NCBI GenBank assembly: GCA_001643675.2
Contig: LSRY02000012.1
Span: 1,178,001-1,242,000, forward strand
Length of the DNA: 64,000 nucleotides
Origin: Monocercomonoides exilis PA203
Lineage: Eukaryota; Protista; Preaxostyla
Direction of reading: 5' to 3'
A model generated the notes under the pieces. That model did no database searches, was not told the DNA's origin, and saw only the letters and a program-made list of their open reading frames with translations. Of the stretch, positions 13,459-27,600 are shown one piece after another. Every line of letters starts with the position of its first letter. Position 1 is the stretch's first letter. The position numbers and the translations under genes are program-made.

Positions 13459-14090
13459 AGATTGCAAATAAATGAAAAACAATCACTTTACAAAAATTAA
13501 TAAGGGTCATGAGAATTCTGATATTTTTTTGGACACACACTTATTTTGAATAAAGAAATGAAAAGCTTTTTTATCTATTACAATAAACAAATATCTAATT
13601 TTTGGAAATAAATATAAAGCGTTCAACAAGTACCAAATTCCGTTTTTTCATTCAACAATAATTTATTAAAAAAAAAAGACACAGAAATATTAACAGATGA
13701 CGAAAGTCTCATTTTTTTTTTTAACTTTTTCTTTTTTTGTACCTTTATAATCAGCATATATGTGATAATAAAATGTTCAATTAATTATTATTTTTCGATT
13801 TTCGCTTTCGAAAAACACTCAGTTTTCTTGATAGCATCGAACAAAAAGCAGATTATTTGCTTAATAGGTGAAAACTTGATAATATACAAAAATGAAACAC
13901 AAACAACGAATAAAACAAAATCCATTAAACATAAAATAACAACTGTATATACTTTATCATGCTGTTAATACTTATCTCTAAAATTATCTTCCCCTTAACT
14001 GCAAATAACAAGATTGCAAACATTTTTTCTCTTCAATGTCTTTATCAATTAAACATCAAATTTATTCCTTTCCCCTTCCCATTCCCCTTT

Positions 14091-17000
14091 TCATTTTTTC
14101 CTTTTGTTCTTTTTTTGCTTCTTCGATTTCTTCTGCTTCGAGTTCTTGTTTCCCAAATCAAGACTTCCCAGCCATTCATCACTCTGCCCTTTCCTTTTGC
14201 GTTTTGGTGTTTCTTCTTTCTGAACAGCACTTGCTATTTCTTCTTTCTCCTCTTTCATCTGCTTCTGAGTCAATGCAGGCTGTTCATTGGATTCTCTGTG
14301 CTTTGCCACATACTGCACCACATCCAGATCAAAATCATCGCCTTCTTCATCTTCATTGCTGCTTCCTTCACTGCTCGATTCTGACACCTCATGTTCTTCT
14401 TTTCCCCTTTCTTTTCCTTTTTCTTTGCCTTCTTTTTTGTTTTCTCCTTTCCTTCCTTCCTCAACAATGTGCGCCTCGTGCTTCTCTTCCACTAACATGT
14501 CTGTATCACTCTCGTCTGTGTCACTTTCATCTGTATCTTCATCAAGCTCATCTGCATCTTCTCTTCCCCCTCCTCTTCTCCTCTTCCTCTTCCTCGAATT
14601 CTCATTCATCCGTACTCCATTCCCTCTTCCACATTCTCCTTCTCCTTCCTCTTCCTCTTCTTCCTCATCATCATCCTCTTCATCCTCCTCCTCTTCCTCC
14701 TCATCTTCTTCTTCCTCTCCCTGCAGTGACCTCCAGCTCAGATCCAGCCCTTCATCAAAGGATTGCTTCAGCTGCAGCCCCATCTTCACACGACTCAGCG
14801 CAAATTGCATAGCATTCGTCAGCTTTCGATGCTGGCAGGCAAACACAAAATCCTCTCCCCCGTTCTCTTCCACCACTTCATACGCCGCCCGCCGGATCTG
14901 CTTCCACATCTGCTGCTCTTTTGTCTGTTTTTTGAATTCTTCAGATGGATGAGAAGAAGAAGAAGAAGAGGAAAAAGAGGAAGAAGATGAAGAAGATGAA
15001 GAAGATGAAGAAGAGGAAGCGGAAGGAGAAGAGGAGGAGGAAGAGGAAGAAGAGCCAGCACGAATAAGCGAAATGGAAGGCTTGATGGTTGGTGTTGTGT
15101 CATCAGAGGTGGAAATATCGGATGAACTGGCAAGAAGAGAGAGAGTGGTTGAAGTGGATGGATGCGATGTGGATGTGAAAGAGGTGTTGGTATTTGAAAT
15201 AAGAGAATGAGGAAGAGAAGAAGAAGAGGAGGAGGAGGAAGAAGAGGAAGAAGAGGAAGAAGAGGAAGAGGAAGAAGAAGAAGAAGAAGAAGAAGATGAT
15301 GATGATGACTGATGTGATTGAAGTGATTGAAGTGAAGATTGATTTGAGAGAACATCAGAAGAGTGTTGAAGTGAATGATCTTCATAAAGTGTATGTGATG
15401 AATTTTGTGAAGCTTTAGAAGAAGAAGAAGAAGAAGAGGAAGAGGAAGAAGACAATAAAATGGAAGAAGAAGAAGAATTAGAAGAAGGATTAGAAGCAAT
15501 ATTTCCCGCGGATGCACGCAAGTCATCAAGTTTGCGTGCACCACAATGACCATCATCAGAATCTTCATTGACCATTGCAGAATGAGCCAAAGAAGAGCCT
15601 TCTTCTTGTTTCACAGCCTCAAAACGAAGCAAGTTCAAAGCAGAGTTTAAGATTTCTGGTTGGATGAAGTGCAGACGAAGTGGAGATGGAGGTGGGGGAG
15701 GAAGGGAAGATCGTGAAGAAAAAGCGTAGGAGGAGGATGAAGAAGAAGAAGAAGAAGAAGAAGAAGAAGAAGAAGATTGCAATGTTTGAGGTGATGATGA
15801 AAATGAAGATGGCATATTTGAAGATGTTGATGTGAATGCTGATTCCAACATTTCATCATTCATCTTTGCATCTGATGCAAACTTGCTGAAGTATTGATTC
15901 ACATCAGGTGCAGCAGCAGTGAATGAGCTATGGAGAGCAAGAGGCTGATGACTGAGTGGAGGAGGAGGGGGAAGGTTGTATGTTTGTGGGGGAAGAGGAA
16001 GAATCAAGCGGACGTTGTGCTTTTCTGGATCAACAAAGTATGATAGAGACATCGGTTGCATGGGGTTGGGCTCTTTGTGAAGAATGTCTGAAGAAAAAGA
16101 AGAGGAAGAGGAAGAGAAGGAAGAGGAGGAAGAAAGAGAGGAGGAGGAGGAGGAAAAGGAAGATGTTGATGAGGAGAAGGAAGAAGGAGAGTCAGCAGTG
16201 AGAGGAGAAGGAGGCATGATAGAATTAATGGATGTGTCGGAAGAACCAGAAAATGTGTTTGTGTTGGAAATTGGTCGAGACGAAGAAGAAGATGATGATG
16301 ATAATGTTGTTGAGGATGAAGTGGATGATGTGGATGAAATGCTTGACAATTGAGATGCAGCTGGTTTATTTGCTTTGTTTTCTTTCACTTTCGACGAATT
16401 CTCAGAAAGTTTATTGGCATTTTGAGAAGAAAGGGAAGAAGTGGAAGAAGATGACGTTGATGAATTGTTCTGAATAAAACGCATGTGCTTAACTTCTTCT
16501 TGTTTGTCTTGCTCTTTTGAATCTGCTTGTGATTTGGTTAACCCCTTTTCATTCTTATTCTCTTTTGTTGCATTTCTTCCTTTCGAGTCATCATCTTTGT
16601 TTGCTTCATTGCCTTTCTTATTATTCACCTTGCTGTTGATGTTATTTTCGCTCTTCTTCATCATTGAAATTTTATCATTCTTCTCCATTCCTTTGGAACT
16701 ATCTCCTCTTCCTCCTCCCTCCATCACTCTTTTATCTTCAACTTTCTTTTCTTCCTCATTTTCCTCTTCTTCCTCCTCCTCTTCTTCCTCATCCTCCTCA
16801 TCCTCATCCTCCTCTCCATACTCCCCCGCCATCTGATACCTGTACAGAAACACCGACAGGCACTCACACCCCGCCATGCAGTCAGAAAACCCCACGTCTT
16901 CAAAGTTCATCATCAGCTTCGACGCCACATTCAGCACCCCACACCCAACCACCCTCCCTGCTTCTTCGGCTGACAGCTGCGGAACAAGTTTAGACAGCGC

Positions 17001-19862
17001 TTTTATTGCCTCGTTCTGAAACTCAGTGCGTGTGGACAAGCGGATGGGGAAATCGGGGAGAGGAAAGAGGCTGCGGGGGGAAGGCAGAGCCAGAAAGGGG
17101 AAGTCGTCAGTGACAGAGCGGGGGAGTGGAGAAGCTTGTGTGGTTGGGGCAGCCAGGTGCTTTGGAAGAAATCTCAAACCGTTATCTGAATCAGGTGGTG
17201 GTGGGAATGTGGGTGTGCTAAAGAGCGAAGAAGGAGAAGAAGAGGAGACAAAACCGACAGGGCATATACCCAGTTCCCTCTCTCTCATACGAATTGTCTT
17301 CATCTTGTCAAAAGGATCAAACGCGAGGGCGTGGCGCAGCAGCATCTCCATCAGCGGTCTGTGTGCCATGATGACTGAGGCAAACTTCGGGATCCGCTCA
17401 AAAATGTCCCCCAGCACCTCAAAACTGGATGTGTAGCTGGTTTCGATGGCCTCTCGCTCTGTGTAGCCAGACTGGATGGATGCATCAGAGGAGGCAGAAG
17501 GGCGCATGTGGGTGGAGGACTGGAGAGATTGCTGTGCTTGTGACTGTTGTTGCTGTTGCTGTTGATGTTGTTGTGAGGATGATGAAGATGCAGAATTTGA
17601 GGAGTTCTGTTGCGAGGCGCCTGATTTGTCCTTTTGATTGGAATGGGATTGCTGTTGCTGTTGCTGATTGTGATGCTGATCTTTCTCTTTCTCCTTCTCC
17701 TTTCCTTTCCCTTTCTGCTGTTTGGACTGTTGCTGTTGTTGTTGATGTTGCTGCATCTGCTGCTTCTGTTGCTGCTGTTGGAGAATGAGCTGAATGGGAA
17801 CACGCTGCCTTCGATTTCTACGTGACAGCAGCTGCTTCTGGCTGCTCTGTGTTACTTCAATCGACAAATAGTCGTCTTCATCATCGTCATCGGCCCCATC
17901 CTCCATCAGAAGAGCTATCCCATCTTCAAGATTGAGATGCTCTTCTTCCTCTTCTTCGAAATACTCGCTCTCTTTCTCGTTCTTCTTCTTCTTCTCAATG
18001 AATTGCTGGTTTTGTCCTTGTTTCCTCTTCTGCACCACAGAAAGACTTGTTGATTTTCCATTCGCAGGTGATAAAGCCATCTGAGCATCTTCACTTTCTC
18101 CTCCTTTTTTCCCCTTCTGTGTCGAAGTTGCTGCTGAAGTCCCATTCTTCTGCTGATGCTGCTGCCCTGCTGCCACAACTGCTGTTGCTGATGCTGATGC
18201 TGCTGATGAAGAAGAAGAGGAGGAGGAGGAGGAATTAGCTGCTCCTCCACCACTCGCAACACCCTTCCCTTCCTTCTGCTGCAGCATCGCTCTTGTCTCC
18301 TCTTCTTTCCTCAGCGCTGCTCGCCAGCTGGTCTCTTCAGCTCTCTGGTCCTTCCTTGTCCACTCGTCCCACTGCCGCCAGTCAACATCGAGTGCACCGC
18401 GGAGCAGCTCACACACATCCACCTCTTGCTGCACGGCTTTGAAGGACTCGCCGGACTCGTCCTCTTCACACAGAAGGAGAAGAAGGTTGATGCAGCGCAG
18501 AACGGCCTGAAAATACGATGGAAGATGACAGTGGGGGAGATGGTGGTGGTTATGATGCAAATAAGAAAAAAAGGAAAGAGAAGAGAGAGTAATGTATTTG
18601 TTTGAATAAATGAATGACAAAAATAAAAGCAAGTTGATTGTCTTGTAAGATCGAAAAAATTTACAAAATGCACAAACATGTCTTGTGAGAGGAATGACCA
18701 TAGTATCGCTTGCTTCGAGTTGAGCTTTCTTTTCGTTTTCCCTCTTCTGCTGCTGCTTTTTCTGCCTCTGCTCTTTTTGGAGCCTGGCTCTGGCTCTCTT
18801 TGATAAAGGCAGCGCTGGTTCATCACTTGCTTGGCTAGACTTCCCTTTCTGAACAATTTGTGTATTGTTTGAATTCATTGCCTTCTGAAACTCATCGCTG
18901 TTGCGCTTAAGCACTCGGATGTGCTGTTGAAGCAGAGAAATTACTCTTTCTTTTGCGTGGAATTTTTCCAAAAATTCCAACGCTCCTGTACACTGGCCAT
19001 AGCAATTGAGCCCAGCCAGTATCTGCTCAAGTGCAGAAGCATCAAGATCCGTTTCAACTGGATCTTCCATAGCGTTCAAGAGTACTTCAGGAATTATGTC
19101 CATTGCTTCATATTCTTCATTTTCATCGTCAATCATAAGCATTGCATAAGCTGTGAATAATCTTCTGTGATAAGAGATATCTGACGCAAGTCCACCACGT
19201 TGAAGCGGCTTGTTCTTAGATATTTTATCTGCAGCTATTCGAACAAGATCGACAATTTGATCATAAAGAGAAGAGTTGGTTATTGTATCAGAAATGGGTC
19301 CATAACAAAAGAAGTGGATAATTCGACCACGGAAAACAATTTCCGCAAAATAATCCATCAATGGAAACCTCAATTCTGGTTGATGAATTGAGTACTTTAA
19401 AAGAAGACGGATTGTTGTGCAGAAACGAGGAGTGACAAGTTCTTCAACATTTCCAAAAGGAACTCGATCTAAAGTATCCATGCAAATCGAAAGATCATGT
19501 AATTGTTTTACAAAGCGTTTTGTTGGAAGGTTTTCCAAAATAGCTAAATGTTACCACAAAAAAGCAATAGAAAGCGTCAAAAAGATAATTAATCATCAAA
19601 CTTGTAATCAACAATGATACGGAAGATCTTGTCTTTTGATCATCTTCATGTGATGAAATCTTTGACATGCGTTGTAGCTCAATCGGTGACGGCGCACGTT
19701 AATTGCTTTAGTGTCCGTAACAGTTTGGATAAGTTTTGTATGAAATACAAAAAATAATATGGATTCAAAGATCCAGTTCATTAAACTCTTTCTTTTGTTC
19801 TTGTTGCCAAATGCAGCAAATAATTTCAAAACAAACAAAAAGCAATAACTTCTTTTAATCAT
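14091..19862 (-). CDS. Large hypothetical protein, helical (ARM-like) blocks interrupted by poly-S/Q/E tracts, basic C-terminus (NLS-like)
   Basis: 1815-aa ORF 14091-19538 containing an in-frame intron 18507-18677; probable upstream exon(s) to ~19862 (start uncertain); no recognised catalytic motif. Confidence 0.6.
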
Positions 19863-19967
19863 TGTTTCATTGTTTATTCAAATTTCAACTATTAAACATT
19901 ATCTAAATTAAGATTCTATCAGAACAAAACATCCATTTTACATAAAAAATGTAAAGAAAACTCTTGT

Positions 19968-21318
19968 TCAAGAACTAAATATATAATTGATAGTATTTTC
20001 TACATTTTTATTACACATTGCGTAAGCTCCGAGTGCTTCATAATCTTCAACACCAGTTACAAGCATGATATGATTTATGTCAGCTTGCTCTTCGGAAGAT
20101 AATTCTCCATGTTTATGCGAATGTTGTTCTCTTGTCTGTGAATTATGCTTTCCTAAGCTATTCAAATCATCATCAGTTCTCCTTCTTTGAGCAGCCTTTT
20201 CATAATCCCCTCTAACAATTTTGATGAATTCTTCAGGATCACTTAAAATAGCAGCTGCAAGTTCAGGTTGCTGTAACTGTATTTCTCGTAAAACAGCTGC
20301 AACTGCATGTGGATTATGGCAAATCAAATTTCGAATTTGTGCGACCATCGGATGGTTGTGCAGCTGTGTAAGAAGTGACAGCTTGCTTGTCTTTGATTCT
20401 TGGAAAATGATTCTTTCTTCATCATCCTCAGCAGCTCCGACTCCAGCGCCTGAGAAGGCAGTCTTTATGGATTCCACCGTCAAAGTTTCAGGAAGAATGG
20501 AATCTTCTCCCCATTTATTTTTCTCCTTCCCTTCTTCTTCTTCACATTCCTCAAATTCGTCCCCATACTCATCATCGTCGTCTCCAAGTTTTCCGCTTTT
20601 CACCCATTCCATTACTTCATCTGGAATTCCATTCATCAAATACTCAACAGCTCCATTCAAGTCTCCAAATGATGCACGAAGAGCAAGTCTTGCTGATTCC
20701 TGATCAAAGCCCATTCCAACAAGCTCACGAATCTGTTCGATGTTTTGTTCAACAGTATCATGTTCGTTTAAAGAAGTTACATGTTTGAGAGAGTCACAGC
20801 GTTCGGTGGATTTTGCGTTTGGTAAAAATTCTGTTGCTTGTTGTGATTTATCAATGACTTCGAATGATGTTTCAACACTTGAATTGGTAGCTTCTGACAA
20901 AGTAGCTTTAACAGAAGAAGTATTTTGAGAATCTTTTGTAGGTAATTTTAGTGTTGCTAAATAATCTTGTGTTTTTTTTGGACGAGAAGCAGAAAGAATA
21001 TACGATCTTTCAACTGCTAAATCTGCTTTTGCAGATTTTTGCTGATAAAATACGAGCGTAGTTCCATCAATCTTTGAAAGTGAGATGAAAGCAATAAACA
21101 ATATGTTTAAGAAATAAAAAAATTTAACAAAATACTATTGAGCTTTCTTTGAGAGTTTTGTTATCCTCCAAATGAATTCCAGAGAAAACGAATCTTATTT
21201 GTTCTATTGGTATTCCAACGTTGACAGAAAGCTTGCACTTAAGTTCGAACACTGTTTCGTTTTCTTGCATCTCCACATCGTACATTTTTGTGGATAAAGA
21301 TTTTAAATAAAGATGCAT
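19968..21318 (-). CDS. RAD23: RAD23-like proteasome shuttle / NER factor (UBL-UBA-XPC-binding-UBA), 2 exons
   Basis: UBL MHLYLKSL...QIRFVFSGIHLEDNKTL; UBA LVGMGFDQESARLALRASFGDLNGAVEYLMNGIP; XPC-binding QIRNLICHNP...QQPELAAAILSDPEEF; C-terminal UBA AYAMCNKN...NYIF. Confidence 0.88.
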
Positions 21319-21666
21319 CAATTAAAAATTTTAATAGCAGCTTTAAAAGCAATAAAATGTTAAAAATAAATATAAAATGAGCTTTGTATACTTCCTTTCG
21401 ATTTTCCAAAGCTTCAAAAATGAAATTAAACAAAAATGTGATATCAACATAAGTATTTTGGGTATAAATCTCAAATCAGTATTCATGCTTGCATTTGTGT
21501 TATTATCATTATTTGATGAGTTATTCCATATTGCCACAACACAATTAAAAATTGATCGTTGTATATAATTGTATATTTTGCGTAAGACTGATAATTACTT
21601 TTTAGTGGCTTTAACAATTGTTGCAGATTTTTTATCCAAGCAAAATTGCACAAAATATATCCTTGC

Positions 21667-24600
21667 ATGAGTATGACAAATGTTATAAGAATATATAAAT
21701 TCATTTCTTGTTTTATTTGAATATCTTCTTGTAGCTTCAGTTTTGCAGCAAAATGGCAACGGTTTTATTGATAAGTCACCAACATTTTTTGCTCTTGTAG
21801 ATGCTGTTGAGTTGTATGTTTTGTTATTTTAATTTCATTGTTGCATCATTTTTCCTTTTTGTTTTGCCTTTAAACCAGCACTGTTCCTACTCCAAGGACT
21901 CACTCTAGCGTTTCACTTATCGTTGAATGGAACAAAGAAGCATCTTTAAATCTTATGCTATTGACTCAAGTTATTGGTTCATCAAGGATGGATCTATTTT
22001 CGTTAAGTATCATTCATCCTGCTTTTGTTATAAGTGTATGTAATTTACTTATTGTAAGGAACAAAAATTATTACCTTTGTTGTATTCAAAATAATTATGA
22101 AAATAAGATTGAAGATGAACGAGATTTTATTGTTCGAGACACTAGGAATGTAATTTGGAGAATACAAATGAAATCACCTTTAGAATTTCAGGAATTTCAA
22201 AAGGTAATTGCGTCCATTAAGCCGACGGCCGTTATAAGCAGCAAAAAATCCCCAAATATCGGATCTATGCATCCTCAAACAAATGAAGTAACGTCTTCAA
22301 GCCAGACTTCATTCATTCGCAATCCTCAGGTGCAACGTGAAATTCCAAGTGATCAAGGAACTAACCTTTCACTCAGTGCTAAGCCATTTGTTCCAAATCT
22401 TTCTTCTCGAACAGGACAGCCCTTAATTCTTGAACAGCCTAAGGCACCGTCAAGGATGATTATTCCTTCAAAGAATCTTCCACCACCTCCTCTTCCACCT
22501 GTTGTGTTGCAGCAACAATTTGCGTTACAAATGGCAGAGTCCGCTGCACAATTACGCTATATGCATTCTCGTTCACCAGACAATACTTTCTCCCCTCATC
22601 CAATGTTTCTCACACCTGCAGCTGGGCAGTTCAACTCTGGTTCTCTTTCAAACACACCTCTTCGCAGTGCAAATGACGCTTCTCCAGCAAACGCCACAAC
22701 CACTATGAAGCCTAAGCAACAACAGCAGCAACAGCAACAGATTCCACAGCCACCGCCAGCTATTTTGGGTAAGCCTTTGCTTCCAATCCCTCGTATTCAG
22801 TCACGCCCAATAGCTGGAACAGCCCACACCCCTGCAGTTGCATTGCCTTATGATCCTCACTCTGCCACGCTCCCTGGACATTCGCATTCTTTCTCCTCTG
22901 CCATCGCTCCATTCTCCTCCTCCCGCTGTTCCACTTCTCCTTCTGAACACTCCTCTGCCTCCTCTGCCTCACTTATCGTCACCCCTCCTACAGCCAGTAT
23001 TCAGTTTACAGCGCCACCAGCACCTACCCCTCTTCCAGTGAGCATCTCCTTCACACGTGACTTCTACGACTCCCGTGTGGCATTTGTGCCTCCATATATC
23101 TTCTTTCCTTATTCACTGACGCTTCTTGGCGCAAAGAGCAACAAGGGAAGGCGAATAACACCGAGTAAAGGTGAAAGAGGAGGAGAAAGAGGAGGAGATG
23201 GCTTACTTTCTCCCACAAAAAAAGGAGAAACCGATGAAAAAATCGTATTGAGCAAAGAAGACAGCCGAAGAAAAGGAGCATCCTGCAGCGACGAGGAAGA
23301 AGGCAACGACCGGCTCTCATTCACGCTAGATGAGATAGTCAAGAGGAGAGGACGCAGACACAGCGCTTTTTCTCCGCTCTGCCCACTCATCGACTTCTGC
23401 TCAGGTACAGACGCCCTGCCGTGCCCAGCTGACCAGCTCCCGGCTTCGGGGCATTCTTTGCCAAAGATGCAGAATTTATCGTTATCAGCTTCTTCATCGT
23501 CATCGAATGCTTCTTCTTCTCCTTCTGCTTCTACTGCTTCTTCTTCATCCTCCTCTTCATCCTCCTCTTCCTCTTCTTCTCCCTCTGATTTCCCTTCTTC
23601 CTCCTTCCTTGCGTTTGTTCCTCGGTATGTGGATGAGAGCGGACATACCCATTTTCGCATAGGCCCTTCCACATTGCTGGCATTCATGATTGCATTAGAG
23701 CACTTCAACAGAGGAGAAGCAGCAATGGCAAACAGCACACAAGGAGAAGAAATGAATGAGAATGGAGAAGATGCACAAATTGACACAGGAAAATGCACTG
23801 AACATGAAATTAACCCTGATTCTTGTGTGAGTGAAAATGCACAAGCAGAGAAAAAGGAATCGAGAACAAACCATTGCTCACCCATAATCGATCATGAGAA
23901 CACTCTCTTTCTCTCCTCCAACAGCATCCTCGCCTCTCCTTCCACCCCTTCCTCTGCCAGCTCTACTCTTTCTTCGCAATCTGCCAATTCTTCCAATTCT
24001 TCTAATACTTCTAATACTTCTCATTCAACCTCCTCCTCCCCTTCTCCCTCTCCCTCACTTCCTTCCCCCATTTCCTCCATCTCCCCCCTCTCCCCACTCT
24101 CCTCCCTCTCTTCTCTCTCTCCTCTCTCACCCTTCCAGCAGCCCCCTCCCTTCGGCGCCATGTGTGCTTTGTTCCCCTTTGATGAGCTGCAGGGCATAGG
24201 CGGACAGACACGCACCAGAAAGCCAGGCTCAAATCCGATGGCATTTGCAGTAAAGGCAAAGTATGTGTCACCGTTTGCGTGTGCGATGAGGGAGGTGAGG
24301 AAGGAGAGGATGAAGAGGCGCTGTAAGGGGAGAGTGAAGGAGAAGGAGGGGAAAGAAGGGAAGGAAGAGAAGAAAGAAGAAAAGGAAGCTGAGAATAACA
24401 CACATAATTTGAATGATAGTGCGACTCATTCAGAAGCCAATGCTCAAATTACTGATCATAAAGAGGAATATCACAGCGCCACTTCCAAAGAAAGAGAAGA
24501 AAAAGAAGAAAAAGAAAAAGAAGATGAAGATGAAGATGATAAACTTGACTTCTCCTGCTGTTGCTGTCTGAAAGTACTGAACAAGCCTCGTCTTGAGCCA

Positions 24601-27600
24601 TCTCCTCCAAAGGGAGTATCAGTCAGTCTTCTTTCTGATCCTTCTTCTTCTTCTTCTGTTTCTTCCTCCTCCTTCTCTTCTTCTTCTGCTGCTTCTTCTG
24701 CTTATTCTTCTTCTTCTTCTTCTTCATTGGCAATAACAAATACACAGACACAAGTGACTCGCACAGGACATGCACCAGCATCTCAGGCAATTCTGCCTTT
24801 GCCTAATGAAATGAAATCTTCTTCTTCCTCTTCGTCTTCCTCTTCTTCTTCAAATTCTTCTTTTTCCTATACGCCTGCTTCTTCTTCTTCTTCTACTACA
24901 ACTACTACTGCTTCTTCTTCTTCACCTTCTACTTCCTCATCTTCTACCCCATTAGCATCATCTTCTCCATTAGTCTCTTCCTCTTCTTCCTCTTCCTCTT
25001 CAACCGCATCATCCTCAAAAGCAACCACCCCTCCCTTCTCTTCCTCCTCTTCCTCCTCTTCTTTTCCACCAATCTCTTCCTCTCACTCTTCCTCTCTTCC
25101 CCCAGACACCCTCAATGACACCTCTGCTTCTCATTCTTCTTCCTCTTCCTCTTCCTCTTCCTCTTCCTCTTCCTCTCGCCTTCTTCGCTCTCTCAACAAT
25201 TCTTCCCCTCTCCTTCTATCACAGAATTCTCAGAGCAATGCTACCCTTCAAACACTTCCCATTGCTCCATTAGCTCCTTCACTCCCTTCCTCTTCTTCTT
25301 CGCCTGCTTTGCTGATGTCTTCGGCTTCCTCTTTCTCCTCTTCTTGCTTCCCTTCTTCTTCCTCTCCTTCTTCTTCTTCTTCTCCTGCTGTTGGCACTGC
25401 AGCATCAACAGTTAATACACCTTCTTTCTCCACTCTTTCCTCTTCTTCTACATCCATATCCCCTCTTATTCCTTCTTCTTCATTAACATCATCATCTTCC
25501 TCTTCCTCTTCCTCCTCCTCCTCCTCTTCTTCTTCTTCTTCTTCTTCTTCTTCTACCTCTTCTGCTAATCCTCGTGACTCCTTCCAGCCGCTACTGCCAA
25601 ATTTCCTCTCTCCCATCGTCTTTCCTGAAGAGACTAACAAGTCTAACAAAACACCTCAAGCAGTTAGCGAGGTGATTTCTTCTTCTTCTTCCTCCTCTTC
25701 TTCTCCTTCTCCTTCTCCTATTCCTTCTCCTTCATTGAATTCCTCTTCTCTATTAAATGCTTCTTCTTCCTCTCTTTCTCCTTCTCTTCTTCTTCCTCAG
25801 AGCTCCCACTCTATCTTTACACAGCCTCTGCTTCTGCCTCAAATACAAACACAAACACAAGCACAGTCTCTATCGCAATCACAACCATCATCACTTGTTC
25901 AACAGCAACAACCTCTATCACAACCACAACCACAATCGCAATCGCAATCACAATCACAGCATAATCAGCTAAGTCAACAGATTAATCATCAGATTAATCA
26001 ACAACAAATACAGAATCAGAATCAGAAGCAACCTGTCTCTCTCCCTCAACCACCTGAACAATCAAAATCTCCATTTTCTCCTTCTCTTTCACTATCTGCT
26101 TCATCATCATCATCTTCTTCTTCTTCTTCTTCTTCTGCCTTCACACAAATCCCTCAGCTCCCATCTCATTCTCTTCCTCCAAATAACACACAGCTTCAAA
26201 GCTTGTTTTCTTTGGTTGTCCAGCCACAAATACAGTTACAGCAAGCACAGCAAATACAGCAAAATCAACAGGGTCAACACAATATTCATCAGAACATTCA
26301 TCAGAACCATCAGAATAATCCTCTTCTTCAGCTTCAGCTTCAGCCACCACCTCCTCCTCCTCCTCCATCGCATCTTCCTCTCCCTCTCCCTCTCCCTCTC
26401 CCTCTTTCACAGCCTATTGCTTCGCAATGCTTGCCTATTGGTCAGATACCAAGTTCTTCTTCCTCTTCCTCCTCTTCTCCTTCTCTGCCTTCTTCTGCTT
26501 CATTACTAGGCACAAACACAAGAGCAAACATAGGAACAGCTGATCAGCATTATTTCGCTGCTCCTTTCTCTCAGAATGAAGAGAACAAAGAAGTTGATAT
26601 AAATGTCAATAATACCAATACACAAGATAAAAGATCAGAACTTACTCCAAACACACTCACTGATCATTCTCTTCCCTCTTCTTCCTCTTCCTCTTCCTCT
26701 TCCTCTTCCTCTTCCTCTTCCTCTTCCTCTTCCTCTTCCTCTTCCTCTTCCTCTTCCTCCTCCTCCTCCTCCTCCTCCTCTCATTCTCTTCTCTGCACAG
26801 CCACGCTCACCTCACCAGGCATAGATTCTTCATCTCAGCTGGCACAGAGGATATTCCCTTCCTCCTCCCAGCTGTCTGTCCTCTCAGCAGCGTTCTCTTC
26901 TCTTTCTGAGGGCGCTCTGCTGTCTATTGTTCACTCTGGTTCTTATGTTTCTTCTCTTGGCTCGTTTCCTCCTTCATCTTCTTCTTCAAGTGCTTCTTCT
27001 TCGTCGTTGTCATCTTCTTCGTCTTCTTCTCTTTCTTCTTCTGATTCAACTTCCTCAACTTCTACTGATTCTTCCTCTTCCTCTTCCTCTTCCTCTTCCA
27101 ACTACTCCCGCTCCTCCTCCATCACCCCAGTCTCTGCCAAGTCCTCTGACAGCTTCCCTTCCCTCTCCCACCACGAGTTAAGTGACGACTCACACACATC
27201 CCCTTCTCCTCGCATATATTCTGAATGCTCAAGATCTGCTTCTGCTTCTTCTGCTTCTTCTTCTGCTGCTGCTGCTTCTGCTGCTTCTTCTGCTGTTTCT
27301 TTGCCTTCCCCTCCTGTTTCTCCTTCTCCTCCTTCTTCCTCTTCTTCCTCTTCTCTTGCTTCCTCCATCGCTTCCTCCTCTGGCTCTTCTGCCTCTCCTT
27401 CTTCCTCCTCCTCTCCTTCTCCTTCTTCCCATTCTTCTTCCTCCTCCTCATCTTCCTCTTCTTCTTCTTCCTCTTCTTCTTCTCGTTCCTCTTCCCCTTC
27501 CCCATCTCCTTCTTCTCCCTCTGCTCTTTCAGCTCTTTCAGCTCTTTCTCCTTCCTCTTCTGCCTCGTATGTCCTCGAAGAGCTCTCTAAGATGGACATC

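Noticed and set aside
19668-19740. tRNA-like TAGCTCAATCGGT D-arm sequence
   Set aside because: No T-arm (GTTCRA) or acceptor stem; lies antisense to a probable coding exon
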